The notes beneath the pieces are model-generated. The model was not told the DNA's origin. It saw only the letters and a list, made by a program, of their open reading frames with translations, and searched no databases. From the NCBI GenBank assembly GCA_003279925.1, contig QCGM01000008.1:6037-70036 (forward strand): a stretch of DNA of 64,000 nucleotides, in the 5' to 3' direction. Origin of the DNA: Prochlorococcus sp. AG-388-B05 (GTDB lineage: Bacteria > Cyanobacteriota > Cyanobacteriia > PCC-6307 > Cyanobiaceae). A program made the position numbers and the translations under genes. This document shows, one piece after another, positions 46,233-56,742 of this stretch (its first letter is position 1; each line of letters begins with the position of its first letter).

Positions 46233-46556
46233 ATGGTGGCAAGAAAAACATATATTTTAAAACTTTATGTAGCAGGTAATACTCCCAATTCAATGAGGGC
46301 TTTGAATACTCTTAAAGAAATTCTAGAGAATGAATTTAAAGGAGTTTATGCTTTAAAAGTAATAGATGTTCTTAAACAACCGCAATTAGCTGAAGAAGAT
46401 AAGATTTTGGCAACCCCAACTCTTGCAAAGATTTTACCTCCTCCTGTTAGAAGAATAATTGGTGATTTATCAGATAGAGAAAAGGTTTTAATTGGATTAG
46501 ATTTACTTTTTGATGAATTAACAGAGAGTGAATATAGTGGAGGTACAAAAAATTAA
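46233..46556 (+). CDS. kaiB: circadian clock protein KaiB
   Basis: 107 aa with [14 protein letters not shown]...[22 protein letters not shown]. Confidence 0.95.
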   Translation: MVARKTYILKLYVAGNTPNSMRALNTLKEILENEFKGVYALKVIDVLKQPQLAEEDKILATPTLAKILPPPVRRIIGDLSDREKVLIGLDLLFDELTESEYSGGTKN

Positions 46557-46616
46557 TAAAAACTTTTATAATTAAAAATATTAATAGTTATAGAATAATT
46601 TTCCTGACAAAAATCA

Positions 46617-48146
46617 ATGAAAAATAAAAAAATTAGTAAATCAATTAAAATGCAAGTCCAGAAAATACCTACTGGGATTGAGGGTTTTGATGATGTTTGT
46701 AGGGGAGGATTGCCTGCTGCAAGAAGTACTCTTGTTAGTGGGACATCTGGTACTGGTAAAACTGTTTTTTCTCTACAGTATTTACATCATGGGATTTGTA
46801 ATTTTGATGAGCCAGGAATTTTTATTACCTTTGAAGAATCACCTTTAGATATTATTAGAAATGCAGCTAGCTTTGGTTGGGATTTACAGAAATTAATTGA
46901 TCAAAATAAACTCTTTATTTTGGACGCTTCTCCTGATCCTGACGGTCAAGATGTTGCTGGTAATTTTGATCTCTCAGGTTTGATTGAAAGGATTAGTTAT
47001 GCGATTAGAAAATATAAAGCTAAGAGAGTAGCGATAGATTCAATAACCGCTGTGTTTCAGCAATATGATGCTATTTATGTTGTTAGAAGAGAGATTTTTA
47101 GACTTATTGCGAGATTAAAAGAAATAGGAGTTACCACCGTAATGACGACAGAAAGGGTGGACGATTATGGCCCAATAGCTCGTTATGGCGTTGAGGAATT
47201 TGTATCTGATAATGTCGTACTACTTAGAAATGTTCTTGAAGCAGAGAAAAGAAGAAGAACTTTAGAAGTTTTAAAGTTGAGAGGAACCGTACATATGAAA
47301 GGAGAATTTCCGTTCACAATGGGAGATGATGGCATAATTGTTTTTGCCTTAGGAGCGATGAGATTAACGCAAAGATCCTCAAATATAAGAATAAGTTCAG
47401 GAGTTAAAGATCTTGATGAAATGTGTGGAGGTGGTTATTTTCAGGATTCAATAATTCTGGCAACTGGCGCGACTGGCACAGGTAAAACTATGCTGGTATC
47501 AAAGTTTATTGAAGATGCTTACAACAATAAAGAAAGAGCTATACTCTTTGCCTATGAAGAATCTAGGGCTCAACTAAATAGAAATGCTACGAGTTGGGGA
47601 ATAGATTTTGAAAAGATGGAAAATGAAGGATTATTAAAAATTATTTGTGCATACCCTGAATCAACTGGTTTAGAAGATCACTTACAGATTATAAAATCGC
47701 AAATAAATGAATTTAAACCTAAGAGATTGGCAATTGACTCTCTCTCTGCATTGGCTAGAGGAGTAAGTTTGAATGCTTTTAGACAATTTGTAATTGGAGT
47801 TACTGGTTATTCAAAACAAGAAGAGATAGCTGGTTTCTTCACAAATACTGCAGAAGAATTTATGGGAAGTCATTCTATTACCGACTCTCATATTTCAACT
47901 ATCACAGATACGATATTATTATTGCAATACGTTGAAATTAAAGGGGAGATGGCTAGAGCCATAAATGTCTTTAAAATGAGAGGCTCATGGCATGATAAAA
48001 GGATAAGAGAATATATAATTACTGGCCAAGGCCCTGAAATAAAAGATTCATTTTCTAATTTTGAACAAATATTTAGCGGCGCACCTCATAGAGTTATATC
48101 TGATCAGAGTATTCCTAACGTTTTTAAAGGAATTGAAAAAAATTAG
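46617..48146 (+). CDS. kaiC: circadian clock protein KaiC (double RecA-like ATPase)
   Basis: 509 aa. There are two Walker A motifs (GTSGTGKT, GATGTGKT) and IPTGIEGFDD. The true start may be the internal MQVQK. Confidence 0.95.
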   Translation: MKNKKISKSIKMQVQKIPTGIEGFDDVCRGGLPAARSTLVSGTSGTGKTVFSLQYLHHGICNFDEPGIFITFEESPLDIIRNAASFGWDLQKLIDQNKLFILDASPDPDGQDVAGNFDLSGLIERISYAIRKYKAKRVAIDSITAVFQQYDAIYVVRREIFRLIARLKEIGVTTVMTTERVDDYGPIARYGVEEFVSDNVVLLRNVLEAEKRRRTLEVLKLRGTVHMKGEFPFTMGDDGIIVFALGAMRLTQRSSNIRISSGVKDLDEMCGGGYFQDSIILATGATGTGKTMLVSKFIEDAYNNKERAILFAYEESRAQLNRNATSWGIDFEKMENEGLLKIICAYPESTGLEDHLQIIKSQINEFKPKRLAIDSLSALARGVSLNAFRQFVIGVTGYSKQEEIAGFFTNTAEEFMGSHSITDSHISTITDTILLLQYVEIKGEMARAINVFKMRGSWHDKRIREYIITGQGPEIKDSFSNFEQIFSGAPHRVISDQSIPNVFKGIEKN

Positions 48147-50212
48147 AATAATTCACTTACTTGAGAGTCGGAAAAATTTTCGACATTACTAATTGTTTGA
48201 GCGAGCAATTCATCTTTGTCAGATTGTTCTAGGGGCAAATCAAACCAAAATGTTGTGCCGATTCCTAGTTCGCTAGCCATTCGAATTTGCCCACCATGTT
48301 TCTCAATTATACCTCTAACAATCGACAATCCTAATCCTGTTCCTTGTTCGGTATGAACAGCATTTTCAACTCTATAAAAACGATCAAATATTTTCTCTTG
48401 GTCAGGTTGCGATATACCTGAACCATTATCAGCGATCTCAATTCTTACTTTAGGTAAAGGTGAAACTAATTCACATTGAGGAGCATCTTTATTGTTGTTA
48501 GGGGGAAAGGCTGGACATGAATCAGGCCAAGTATAAGCCCTAATTTTAAGAGTGCTATTTTTCGGACTGAATTTCAAACCATTACCTAGTAAATTATCAA
48601 AAACTTGTAATAGTAAGTCGAAATTTCCAAGAATTGATGGGATGTTTTCCTCGATATCATGTGCTAAAGAAACATTCTTTTCAGTAGCATTAAGTCTATA
48701 ATTTCTAAGTGTTTGTTCAATAGCTGGTTTAATTTCCATAGGCTCTAATTGAATTATTTTACCTGATTCCAATCTGGATAAATCAAGTACATCATTAACT
48801 AATCTTGTTAATCTATCAGTCTCTGAATTAGCGATACCCAAAAATTCAAGTTGCTCTTCATTTGAAAGTTGATCTTTTAAATCATATAAAGTCTCTACAT
48901 AACTTTTTATATTAAAAAGTGGTGTTCTTAGCTCATGAGAAACGTTACTTATAAATCTATTTTGTGCTGCATTAAGTTCAACTTCTCTTGTTAAATCTTG
49001 AATTGTTACTGCAATTCCTTTTAATTCAATTTTATTTGTATCCAAAACAGACTGTAAAACAATTCTTAAAGTCCTTGCAGGTTCGCCGAAGCTGCACCTC
49101 AAATCATCATTTTCCTTTTCTCTTTTTAAAATTGATTCTATATTTGTATGTAAGTCATTAGATAAAATTTCAGGAATTTCATTTAAAAGATATTTACCTT
49201 CTAAGAATCTTCCTTCCCAACGAAATAGTCTTTTTGCTGTGGGATTAGTTAGAACTATTTTACCTTTGGAGTCTAACAGTATTGCACCATCTGCCATTGT
49301 TGCTATTAGTGACTGTTGTTTTATCTGAGCAGCTTTAAGCTCTTCAATATTTGCCTCATCGTAATTTTCTAGTTGAGAAGCCATTCGGTTAAAACCTGTA
49401 AGTAATTCTCCTAGATCACCAGTCATTGGTAAAGAGATCCTAGATTTGAAATTGCCTTTTGAAATTTCTCTAACACCCTTAACTAATTCTCTTACTGGCC
49501 TGGTAATGGTTAAAGCATTAAATACTGCGCCAAGTATCACTAAAACCCAAATAGAAATGAAAACTGCTATGGTTACCTCTCTAGTTAAAGCAGCACTCGA
49601 CAAAGCCTTTTTATTAGGTGTTACTCCCAAAGCTAATGTGCCAAGATACTTACCTTTCCATAACATTGGTACAAATACATCTGTAACTTGTCCTTGAGGG
49701 GTGGCATGCTGTCTTACTAAAGGAAATTGAGGTCTCTTCTTTAATTCTGATGGTAACTTTAATCTTCTAGTTAATTGAAATTGGTTATCTGAACTTGTAG
49801 GTGTAGCACTAATTGGAATTCCAAGTTGAACAATATCTTCAGCATCAGTAAAAAAAATATAACGTAAATTTCTACTTGATCTCCAAAACTTTTCTGCAAC
49901 ATTCGATATCTCTTTCCTTTGATTATTTGCAACTAGTTCAGTCACATTACCTGAAAGTAGAAGTCCTAGATCTCGTGCGTATCTTGTATCATTCATACCG
50001 GCATCTCTTTGAATACTATTAAGGGCAAAAAATGTTATGCCAGTCATTAGAAGACTCACAACTAGAGTTGCTATAGCTAATAATTTTGTTCTTAAACTAA
50101 AACCACTCCACCAAGTTAAAACCCTGTTTGACCAGTGGTCAGGACTTTTATCATCAATAAATTTTTTTGAAGGAGTAAGTTTAATCTTATTAGGCTCATT
50201 GCTCTCTATCAT
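48143..50212 (-). CDS. nblS: membrane sensor histidine kinase, NblS/Hik33 (DspA)-like (TM-HAMP-PAS-HisKA-HATPase)
   Basis: 689 aa. It has two TM segments, a HAMP region (RPVRELVKGVREISKGNF), a PAS region, the H-box SHELRTPL, and N/G boxes. Its ATG overlaps the purD TGA (ATGA). Confidence 0.85.
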   Translation of the reverse strand: MIESNEPNKIKLTPSKKFIDDKSPDHWSNRVLTWWSGFSLRTKLLAIATLVVSLLMTGITFFALNSIQRDAGMNDTRYARDLGLLLSGNVTELVANNQRKEISNVAEKFWRSSRNLRYIFFTDAEDIVQLGIPISATPTSSDNQFQLTRRLKLPSELKKRPQFPLVRQHATPQGQVTDVFVPMLWKGKYLGTLALGVTPNKKALSSAALTREVTIAVFISIWVLVILGAVFNALTITRPVRELVKGVREISKGNFKSRISLPMTGDLGELLTGFNRMASQLENYDEANIEELKAAQIKQQSLIATMADGAILLDSKGKIVLTNPTAKRLFRWEGRFLEGKYLLNEIPEILSNDLHTNIESILKREKENDDLRCSFGEPARTLRIVLQSVLDTNKIELKGIAVTIQDLTREVELNAAQNRFISNVSHELRTPLFNIKSYVETLYDLKDQLSNEEQLEFLGIANSETDRLTRLVNDVLDLSRLESGKIIQLEPMEIKPAIEQTLRNYRLNATEKNVSLAHDIEENIPSILGNFDLLLQVFDNLLGNGLKFSPKNSTLKIRAYTWPDSCPAFPPNNNKDAPQCELVSPLPKVRIEIADNGSGISQPDQEKIFDRFYRVENAVHTEQGTGLGLSIVRGIIEKHGGQIRMASELGIGTTFWFDLPLEQSDKDELLAQTISNVENFSDSQVSELF

Positions 50213-51549
50213 TTAGTTAGTCCTCTCAACAATTTTTTTATCCTGACTTGATGACCAATATCTTTTCTATAATAGATTCCTTCAAAATTTATTTCTTTTA
50301 AATTCTTATAAGCCTTTTCAAAAACCTTATTAAAATCTTCTCCTTGACAAACAATACTAAGGACTCTCCCTCCATCAGTAATAAATTCACCTTTGGAATT
50401 TAATGATGTTCCAGAATCAAAGATTTGACAATGTTCAAAGTCAATATTGCCGTAAGTTATCGGAAAACCTTTTTCATAATTATGAGGGTAACCTTTTGAA
50501 GTTGCAATTACACAACCGCTGAATTTATTCGACATTTTAATTTTTTCGTTTCCGAGAAGATTACCCTTGGCACATTTTTGTAAAAGAATCACAAAGTCTT
50601 TGTCCATTAAAGGCATTATTGTTTGGCATTCAGGATCGCCAAATCTGCAGTTATATTCTATAACTTTTGGGCCTGATTTTGTGATCATTAAGCCAAAATA
50701 TAGAACCCCTTTGTAGTCGATATTCTTCCGCAACAATGAATCAATTGTAGGCTCAATTATTTCCTTAGTAATAGTTTCAAGAAGACTTTTTGTCATCATT
50801 GGAGTAGGAGAATAAGCCCCCATTCCTCCCGTATTTGGCCCTTTATCATTCTCATTAAGTCGTTTATGATCTTGAGCTGTAGGAAGTAAAACATATTTCT
50901 TTCCATCGCAAAGAGCAAAAACCGAAACTTCTGGACCCTCAATTTTTTCTTCCAAAACAATTATTTCGCCAGCATTACCAAATTTTCCCTTGAATATTTC
51001 TTCCGTAGCAGTTATAGATGCTTCTTTTGATTCAGGGATGAAAACTCCTTTCCCTGAAGCTAATCCGTCAGCTTTTACTACTAATGGATTTGGAGATGTA
51101 AAGATAATTTTTTTTGCTTCCTCTAATGACTTAACTTTCCAAAAATTTGCAGTGGGAATATTTGCCTCTTTCATAAATTCCTTTGCCCAAGATTTACTTG
51201 ATTCTAATTTGGCTCCATCTGGTCCAGGACCAAACACATCAAAGTTGTTTTTCCGAAGAACCTCCCCTAAGCCATCTGCCAAAGGTGTCTCTGGTCCTAT
51301 TACTACTAAGTCAATATTTAAAAATTTTAGTTTTGAGGTTAATACTTTAGTATTATTTAAATCTAAATTAATTCTCTCAGATTTATTTATTTTTTTTGAA
51401 CCAGCATTACCTGGAAGGAGATAAATTTTCTTGATTAAGTCATTTTTTTGAATAGCCCATGCTAATGCGTTTTCACGACCACCATTACCAATTATTAAAA
51501 TATGTTCTAATTTATTAGAACTTTTAGAGTTGATTGTATTAATACTCAT
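50209..51549 (-). CDS. purD: phosphoribosylamine--glycine ligase
   Basis: 446 aa. ILIIGNGGRENALAW and the ATP-grasp motifs are present. Confidence 0.95.
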   Translation of the reverse strand: MSINTINSKSSNKLEHILIIGNGGRENALAWAIQKNDLIKKIYLLPGNAGSKKINKSERINLDLNNTKVLTSKLKFLNIDLVVIGPETPLADGLGEVLRKNNFDVFGPGPDGAKLESSKSWAKEFMKEANIPTANFWKVKSLEEAKKIIFTSPNPLVVKADGLASGKGVFIPESKEASITATEEIFKGKFGNAGEIIVLEEKIEGPEVSVFALCDGKKYVLLPTAQDHKRLNENDKGPNTGGMGAYSPTPMMTKSLLETITKEIIEPTIDSLLRKNIDYKGVLYFGLMITKSGPKVIEYNCRFGDPECQTIMPLMDKDFVILLQKCAKGNLLGNEKIKMSNKFSGCVIATSKGYPHNYEKGFPITYGNIDFEHCQIFDSGTSLNSKGEFITDGGRVLSIVCQGEDFNKVFEKAYKNLKEINFEGIYYRKDIGHQVRIKKLLRGLTK

Positions 51550-51682
51550 GAAGGGGTTCTTTATATATAATAGGTTTTGAAATGTATTTCAATTAAAAAT
51601 AGATCTTTTAGTCTATTAATCATTTCTATTGCTAGCAAATAATTAAATTATATTCTATTTTTAGTTCTCAAAGGGGTTTTTA

Positions 51683-52411
51683 ATGAATAGTAAATTAAAA
51701 TTTATTTATGAAGGTAAAGCAAAAAAAATATTTGCTTATGAGGATTCAGATAAAGTAATAATTGAATTCAAAGATGATGCCACAGCTTTTAATGCATTAA
51801 AGAAAGCTAAGTTTGAGGGCAAAGGTAAATTGAATTGTCTTATAAGTTCAAAAATATTTGAGTTTCTTATAAAAAACAACATACCAACGCATTACATTGG
51901 GCTCAAAAATAATAATTCAATGATTGCTCAAAAAATAAAAATCATCCCTCTTGAAGTTGTTCTTAGAAATACCGCATATGGATCTCTTTGTAAACAGACT
52001 ACAATCAAGCCAGGAGCAGTTTTGGAAAGCCCCTTGATTGATTTTTATCTTAAAAATGATACTCTTAATGATCCTCTTCTAACAAAAGATAGAATTAATT
52101 TATTGAAGATAGTTGATGATGAGGAACTAGACTTTATAAGTAATATGACATTAAAGATTAATAAACTTCTCAAAACATTCTTCTACAATATCAAACTAGA
52201 TCTTGTGGATTTTAAATTAGAATTTGGCTACAATTCCAATGGGCAGATTGTTTTAGGTGATGAGATCAGTCCTGATAATTGCCGATTATGGGATCTTAAT
52301 CAAAAAAATGGTAAAATAGTTAGTCTTGATAAAGATAGATTTAGAAATGATTTAGGTGGCTTTATTGAAGCCTATAGTGAAATTAATAAAAGAATAAACA
52401 ACTTTATTTAA
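51683..52411 (+). CDS. purC: phosphoribosylaminoimidazole-succinocarboxamide synthase
   Basis: 242 aa. IYEGKAKKIF, PLEVVLRN and LVDFKLEFG are present. Confidence 0.95.
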   Translation: MNSKLKFIYEGKAKKIFAYEDSDKVIIEFKDDATAFNALKKAKFEGKGKLNCLISSKIFEFLIKNNIPTHYIGLKNNNSMIAQKIKIIPLEVVLRNTAYGSLCKQTTIKPGAVLESPLIDFYLKNDTLNDPLLTKDRINLLKIVDDEELDFISNMTLKINKLLKTFFYNIKLDLVDFKLEFGYNSNGQIVLGDEISPDNCRLWDLNQKNGKIVSLDKDRFRNDLGGFIEAYSEINKRINNFI

Positions 52412-52449
52412 TTCAAACGACTCTTAATCTAACTAGTTTTTAAAATATT

Positions 52450-54594
52450 ATGCGAAATAATCTTTCAAAATTTACAAAAGCCATTACGAGCATGGCTTGT
52501 TTCTCTTTTATTTTTATTTCAAATAATTCAGAATTAGCAGCTAGGTATTTGCTTAATAAAGAAGGAGAATTTAAAAAAATTAAAATCAATAATAAAAATA
52601 CAAATCAATACTTAAATGATCCGATATCAGCTTTTAATTTTGCGAAAAAGAAAAATGTGTTAATCGTAGATAATGGTGAAAGTGATTCTGAAGAGAATGT
52701 GCTCATTTCAGAAATAATTATTGAAGGCTGGGAAAATCATCCTGAAGGTAGAAAGTTAGAGTTAGCAGCCTATGATTCTATGACTATCAAGCCTGGAAGC
52801 GTTATTAATAATAAAAAATTAAATAATGATTTAAATTCTATCTATGCAAGTGGTTGGTTCTCAGGGGTAAAGATTAAGTCTCAAGATGGTCCACTAGGAG
52901 TAAGGCTGATAGTAAGCGTTGTGCCTAATCCAATTCTGAAAAAAGTTAAACTTAATCCGAAAAAAACAATTATTCCTAATGAATTTGTGGACAATGTTTT
53001 TACTAAGTATTATGGGACCACTCTGAATTTAAATGAATTGCAAAATAGAATAAATTTGATTAAAAAATGGTACACAGAAAAGGGTTATTCTCTCTCAAGA
53101 ATAAATGGCCCTGAAAGAATCTCTAGTGATGGAGTTGTCATTTTAAATGTAGAGGAAGGAATAGTTTCTGATATTGAATTAAGGTTTATTGGATCAGATG
53201 GAGAACTTATTGTAGATGGTAAGCCTAGGAAAGGTAAAACAAAAGATTGGGTCATAAAGAGAGAATTGAAGACAATTCCAGACTCTATATTTAATAGAAC
53301 AATATTAGAAGCCGATATAAAAAGACTTTATGCCACATCCCTGTTTGATGATGTCAAAGTTTCTCTTGGTCCAGATACTAAAAATCCTGGAAAAGTTTTA
53401 ATTTTCTTAGATTTGAGTGAGCAAAGAACAGGTTCACTAACAGGTGGTTTAGGGTACAGTAATGGTTCTGGTATCTTTGCACAAATTGGATTGTCAGAAA
53501 CTAATGCTTTAGGAAGAGCATGGTCAACAAATATCAACCTTAATTTTGGCGAATACTCAACAACTTATAACTTTTCTTTATCTGACCCTTGGATAAAAGG
53601 TGATAAGTATAAAACTTCTTTTAGGACAAATGTTTTTTTAAGTCGAGATTATCCTCAAGAATTAAAAAGTGAAAATAATGGAAGAATTTATGCTGTCGAT
53701 GATACTACATCTGAGAGTACAGATTCTTTCTCATCAATAGTTCTAGAAAAAACAGGAGGTGGATTCTCATTCTCAAGGCCTCTTAACGGTGGAGATCCTT
53801 TTAAAGAAACAAAATGGAGAGTTCTTGCAGGGATGAATTTTAAACAAGTAAAAATGATTGATAGTGACGGAAATAAAAAACCTTATGGAACTACGAAACC
53901 AACAACCGCAAATATTAGCGAAATTATTTGTATTGGTTATTCTCCTAAAGATGGTTCATGCCCTTCTGAAAATACATTAGTTAGTTTTATTGGTACGACC
54001 ACAAGGAATAATTTTAATAATTCAATTAATCCAACTTCAGGAAATAAATTAAGTCTTGGTAGTGAACAATTTATTTCAATGGGAAATAACTCACCGACTT
54101 TTAATAGAGTAAGAGCTACATATGCATTTTTTATCCCAACAAAATTGATTAACCTTACTAAAGGATGTAAGTCCAGTGAGGTTGTTAATAGTGATTGCCC
54201 TCAAACTATTGGATTCGAATTTAAAGCTGGAACAATTATTGGGGATTTACCTCCTTATGAAGCGTTTTGCATGGGAGGTTCTTCCTCTGTGAGAGGTTGG
54301 GGCTCCTGTGATCTTTCTGTAAGTAAAAGTTTTGTGGAAGCAACTGCTGAATACCGCTTCCCCGTCTGGAGAATGATATCAGGAGCTTTATTCGCTGATT
54401 TTGGAAGTGATTTAGGATCCCAGGATGACGTTCCAGGTAAACCAGGCAAATTATTACAAAAATCGGGTTCTGGTTATTCTCTCGGAGGAGGGGTCGGTAT
54501 TAAGACACCAATTGGACCTCTAAGATTGGATGTCGCTAGTAAAGACTTAAGTGGTGATTGGAGATATACTCTCGGAGTTGGATGGAAATTTTAA
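52450..54594 (+). CDS. bamA: Omp85/BamA-family outer-membrane protein assembly factor (Toc75-like)
   Basis: 714 aa with a signal peptide, POTRA repeats and a C-terminal beta-barrel ending ...LGVGWKF. Confidence 0.85.
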   Translation: MRNNLSKFTKAITSMACFSFIFISNNSELAARYLLNKEGEFKKIKINNKNTNQYLNDPISAFNFAKKKNVLIVDNGESDSEENVLISEIIIEGWENHPEGRKLELAAYDSMTIKPGSVINNKKLNNDLNSIYASGWFSGVKIKSQDGPLGVRLIVSVVPNPILKKVKLNPKKTIIPNEFVDNVFTKYYGTTLNLNELQNRINLIKKWYTEKGYSLSRINGPERISSDGVVILNVEEGIVSDIELRFIGSDGELIVDGKPRKGKTKDWVIKRELKTIPDSIFNRTILEADIKRLYATSLFDDVKVSLGPDTKNPGKVLIFLDLSEQRTGSLTGGLGYSNGSGIFAQIGLSETNALGRAWSTNINLNFGEYSTTYNFSLSDPWIKGDKYKTSFRTNVFLSRDYPQELKSENNGRIYAVDDTTSESTDSFSSIVLEKTGGGFSFSRPLNGGDPFKETKWRVLAGMNFKQVKMIDSDGNKKPYGTTKPTTANISEIICIGYSPKDGSCPSENTLVSFIGTTTRNNFNNSINPTSGNKLSLGSEQFISMGNNSPTFNRVRATYAFFIPTKLINLTKGCKSSEVVNSDCPQTIGFEFKAGTIIGDLPPYEAFCMGGSSSVRGWGSCDLSVSKSFVEATAEYRFPVWRMISGALFADFGSDLGSQDDVPGKPGKLLQKSGSGYSLGGGVGIKTPIGPLRLDVASKDLSGDWRYTLGVGWKF

Positions 54595-55431
54595 GTGTTT
54601 TCTTGGCCTTCTAATTATGATTCTTGTTACACACTCTCTGGTGTTATCACTAAAGAGGGTGTAGGACTTCATAGTGGTGAAAAAACAAGAGTAAAAATTT
54701 CACCGTTTGAAAAAGAGGGTTATTATGTTTCTTTCTCTGACAAGCCTGACGAAATTTTTAAGTTAAATCAAGATTTAATTGGCAATACTATGTTATGTAC
54801 TGCAGTCAAATTAGCGGGAAGAAATTTATATACAATTGAACACTTATTAGCCTCATTGGCAGGTTGTGGATTGAGTTATATTCATATCGAAGTTGATGGG
54901 AAGGAAATCCCATTGCTCGATGGATCAGCAATTCAATGGGTTAGGGCATTTGAAGAGGTTGGTATTAAAAGAGTTCCTAAACCAAAAAACTTTATAAAAG
55001 AGATAAATAAATCAATGATATTTAATAAAGATAGTTCAGTTATCGCTTTAACTCCATCTAATAAAATTACAATTATCTCAACTATAAATTTTTCTTATAA
55101 AGCAATTGGAAATCAAACTTATGTAATAGATTTAAATCCAAATTGTTTTGTGGAAAATATTGCACCTGCTCGTACATTTGGTTTTAAGGACCAATTTCAA
55201 GAATTAAGTGAATTAGGATTAATAAAAGGGGGCAGTTTAGAAAATGCCCTCGTTTGTGATGGGGATAAATGGGTTAATCCTCCATTAAGATTTAGTAATG
55301 AACCTATAAGACATAAAATTTTAGATCTTATTGGGGACTTAGCTTTGGTAGGGTTACCTAAGGCTCAAATTTTAGTCTATAAAGGATCACATTCTTTGAA
55401 TGCTTTATTAGCCTCATCACTAAAAAATTAA
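54595..55431 (+). CDS. lpxC: UDP-3-O-acyl-N-acetylglucosamine deacetylase
   Basis: 278 aa. GVGLHSG, TIEHLLASL and HKILDLIGDL are present. The GTG start abuts the bamA stop. Confidence 0.9.
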   Translation: MFSWPSNYDSCYTLSGVITKEGVGLHSGEKTRVKISPFEKEGYYVSFSDKPDEIFKLNQDLIGNTMLCTAVKLAGRNLYTIEHLLASLAGCGLSYIHIEVDGKEIPLLDGSAIQWVRAFEEVGIKRVPKPKNFIKEINKSMIFNKDSSVIALTPSNKITIISTINFSYKAIGNQTYVIDLNPNCFVENIAPARTFGFKDQFQELSELGLIKGGSLENALVCDGDKWVNPPLRFSNEPIRHKILDLIGDLALVGLPKAQILVYKGSHSLNALLASSLKN

Positions 55432-55448
55432 CTTTATTTTCTTAAGTT

Positions 55449-55907
55449 TTGGAACAACAATTATCGACTGAAAATAATCAACTATCTTCTGAGGAAATAT
55501 TAGGTCTTTTGCCTCATAGATTTCCTTTTGCTCTTATAGATAGAGTTATAGAACATGTCCCAGGCAAAAAAGCTGTTGCATTGAAAAATGTGACTATAAA
55601 TGAGCCTCAATTTCAGGGGCATTTCCCGGAGAGACCATTAATGCCCGGGGTGCTTATTGTTGAATCAATGGCTCAAGTGGGGGGAATAATCGTAACTCAA
55701 ATGCCCGACCTTCCCAAAGGACTTTTTGTATTTGCAGGCATTAATAATGTTAAATTTAGAAGGCCAGTAGTACCTGGAGACCAATTAGTAATTACTTGCA
55801 ATTTATTAAGTATAAAAAGACAAAGATTTGGGAAGGTAAAAGGTGAAGCTCATGTTGATGGGAAGTTGGTTTGTTCAGGCGAATTAATGTTTTCATTAGT
55901 TGATTAA
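55449..55907 (+). CDS. fabZ: 3-hydroxyacyl-ACP dehydratase
   Basis: 152 aa with [13 protein letters not shown]...[22 protein letters not shown]. Confidence 0.95.
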   Translation: MEQQLSTENNQLSSEEILGLLPHRFPFALIDRVIEHVPGKKAVALKNVTINEPQFQGHFPERPLMPGVLIVESMAQVGGIIVTQMPDLPKGLFVFAGINNVKFRRPVVPGDQLVITCNLLSIKRQRFGKVKGEAHVDGKLVCSGELMFSLVD

Positions 55908-56742
55908 AAACATGGAGACTAAAAATACTAATTTTAAAGGTGCAATAGTTCATCCAAATGCATTTGTTGATTCAAATGCAGAGTTACATGATGGAGTTTC
56001 TATTGCTAGTGGAGCTATTATCGGGCCAAACGTCGTAATAGATTCAGGTACTCAAATAGGCCCTAATGCTGTTATTGAAGGGAAAACAAAAATAGGTAAA
56101 AATAATAAAGTTTTTCCAAATGTTTTCATTGGACTTGAACCTCAAGACCTTAAATATAAGGGTGCATCTACAGAGGTAGTTATTGGGGATAATAATACTT
56201 TTAGAGAATGTGTAACTATTAATAAAGCAACTGACGAAGGAGAGAAAACAATTATTGGTAATAATAATTTATTAATGGCTTATACACATATTGGTCATAA
56301 TTGTGAACTTGGCAATGGAATAGTTTTATCAAATAGTGTTCAAGTTGCTGGGCATGTAAAAGTTGAAGATAAAGCAATTATTGGAGGTTGTTTAGGTATC
56401 CATCAATTTGTTCATGTAGGGTATCTCGCAATGATAGGCGGGATGACAAGAGTGGATAGAGACGTTCCTCCTTTTTGCTTGGCAGAAGGACATCCTGGAA
56501 GATTGAGATGCTTAAATAGAGTAGGAATAAAAAGAAGCGGGTTAATAGAAAATAAGGAGTTTGATTTAAAATTATTGCAAGATACATGGAATCTATTATT
56601 TAAATCTAATGATGTAATTTCTGTTTCATTGGAGATAGCGATGAAAGAGAAATTAGACCTTTCTTCTACCAAGCTTTGTAATTTTTTAAAAGATTCAATA
56701 TCTAAGAAAAGAAGAGGACCAATGCCTTCAATTAATTTATGA
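55900..56742 (+). CDS. lpxA: acyl-ACP--UDP-N-acetylglucosamine O-acyltransferase
   Basis: 280 aa with hexapeptide repeats and a C-terminal helical domain. It overlaps fabZ by 8 nt. Confidence 0.9.
   Translation: MIKNMETKNTNFKGAIVHPNAFVDSNAELHDGVSIASGAIIGPNVVIDSGTQIGPNAVIEGKTKIGKNNKVFPNVFIGLEPQDLKYKGASTEVVIGDNNTFRECVTINKATDEGEKTIIGNNNLLMAYTHIGHNCELGNGIVLSNSVQVAGHVKVEDKAIIGGCLGIHQFVHVGYLAMIGGMTRVDRDVPPFCLAEGHPGRLRCLNRVGIKRSGLIENKEFDLKLLQDTWNLLFKSNDVISVSLEIAMKEKLDLSSTKLCNFLKDSISKKRRGPMPSINL

Noticed and set aside
50990-51424. 144-aa plus-strand ORF inside purD. The same pattern applies to 49446..49697 in the kinase, 57551..57970 in lpxB, 58982..59413 in pepA, 53328..53537 and 54255..54449 in bamA, and 56378..56672 in lpxA.
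   Set aside because: All are antisense to genes with strong family signatures and have no independent support.
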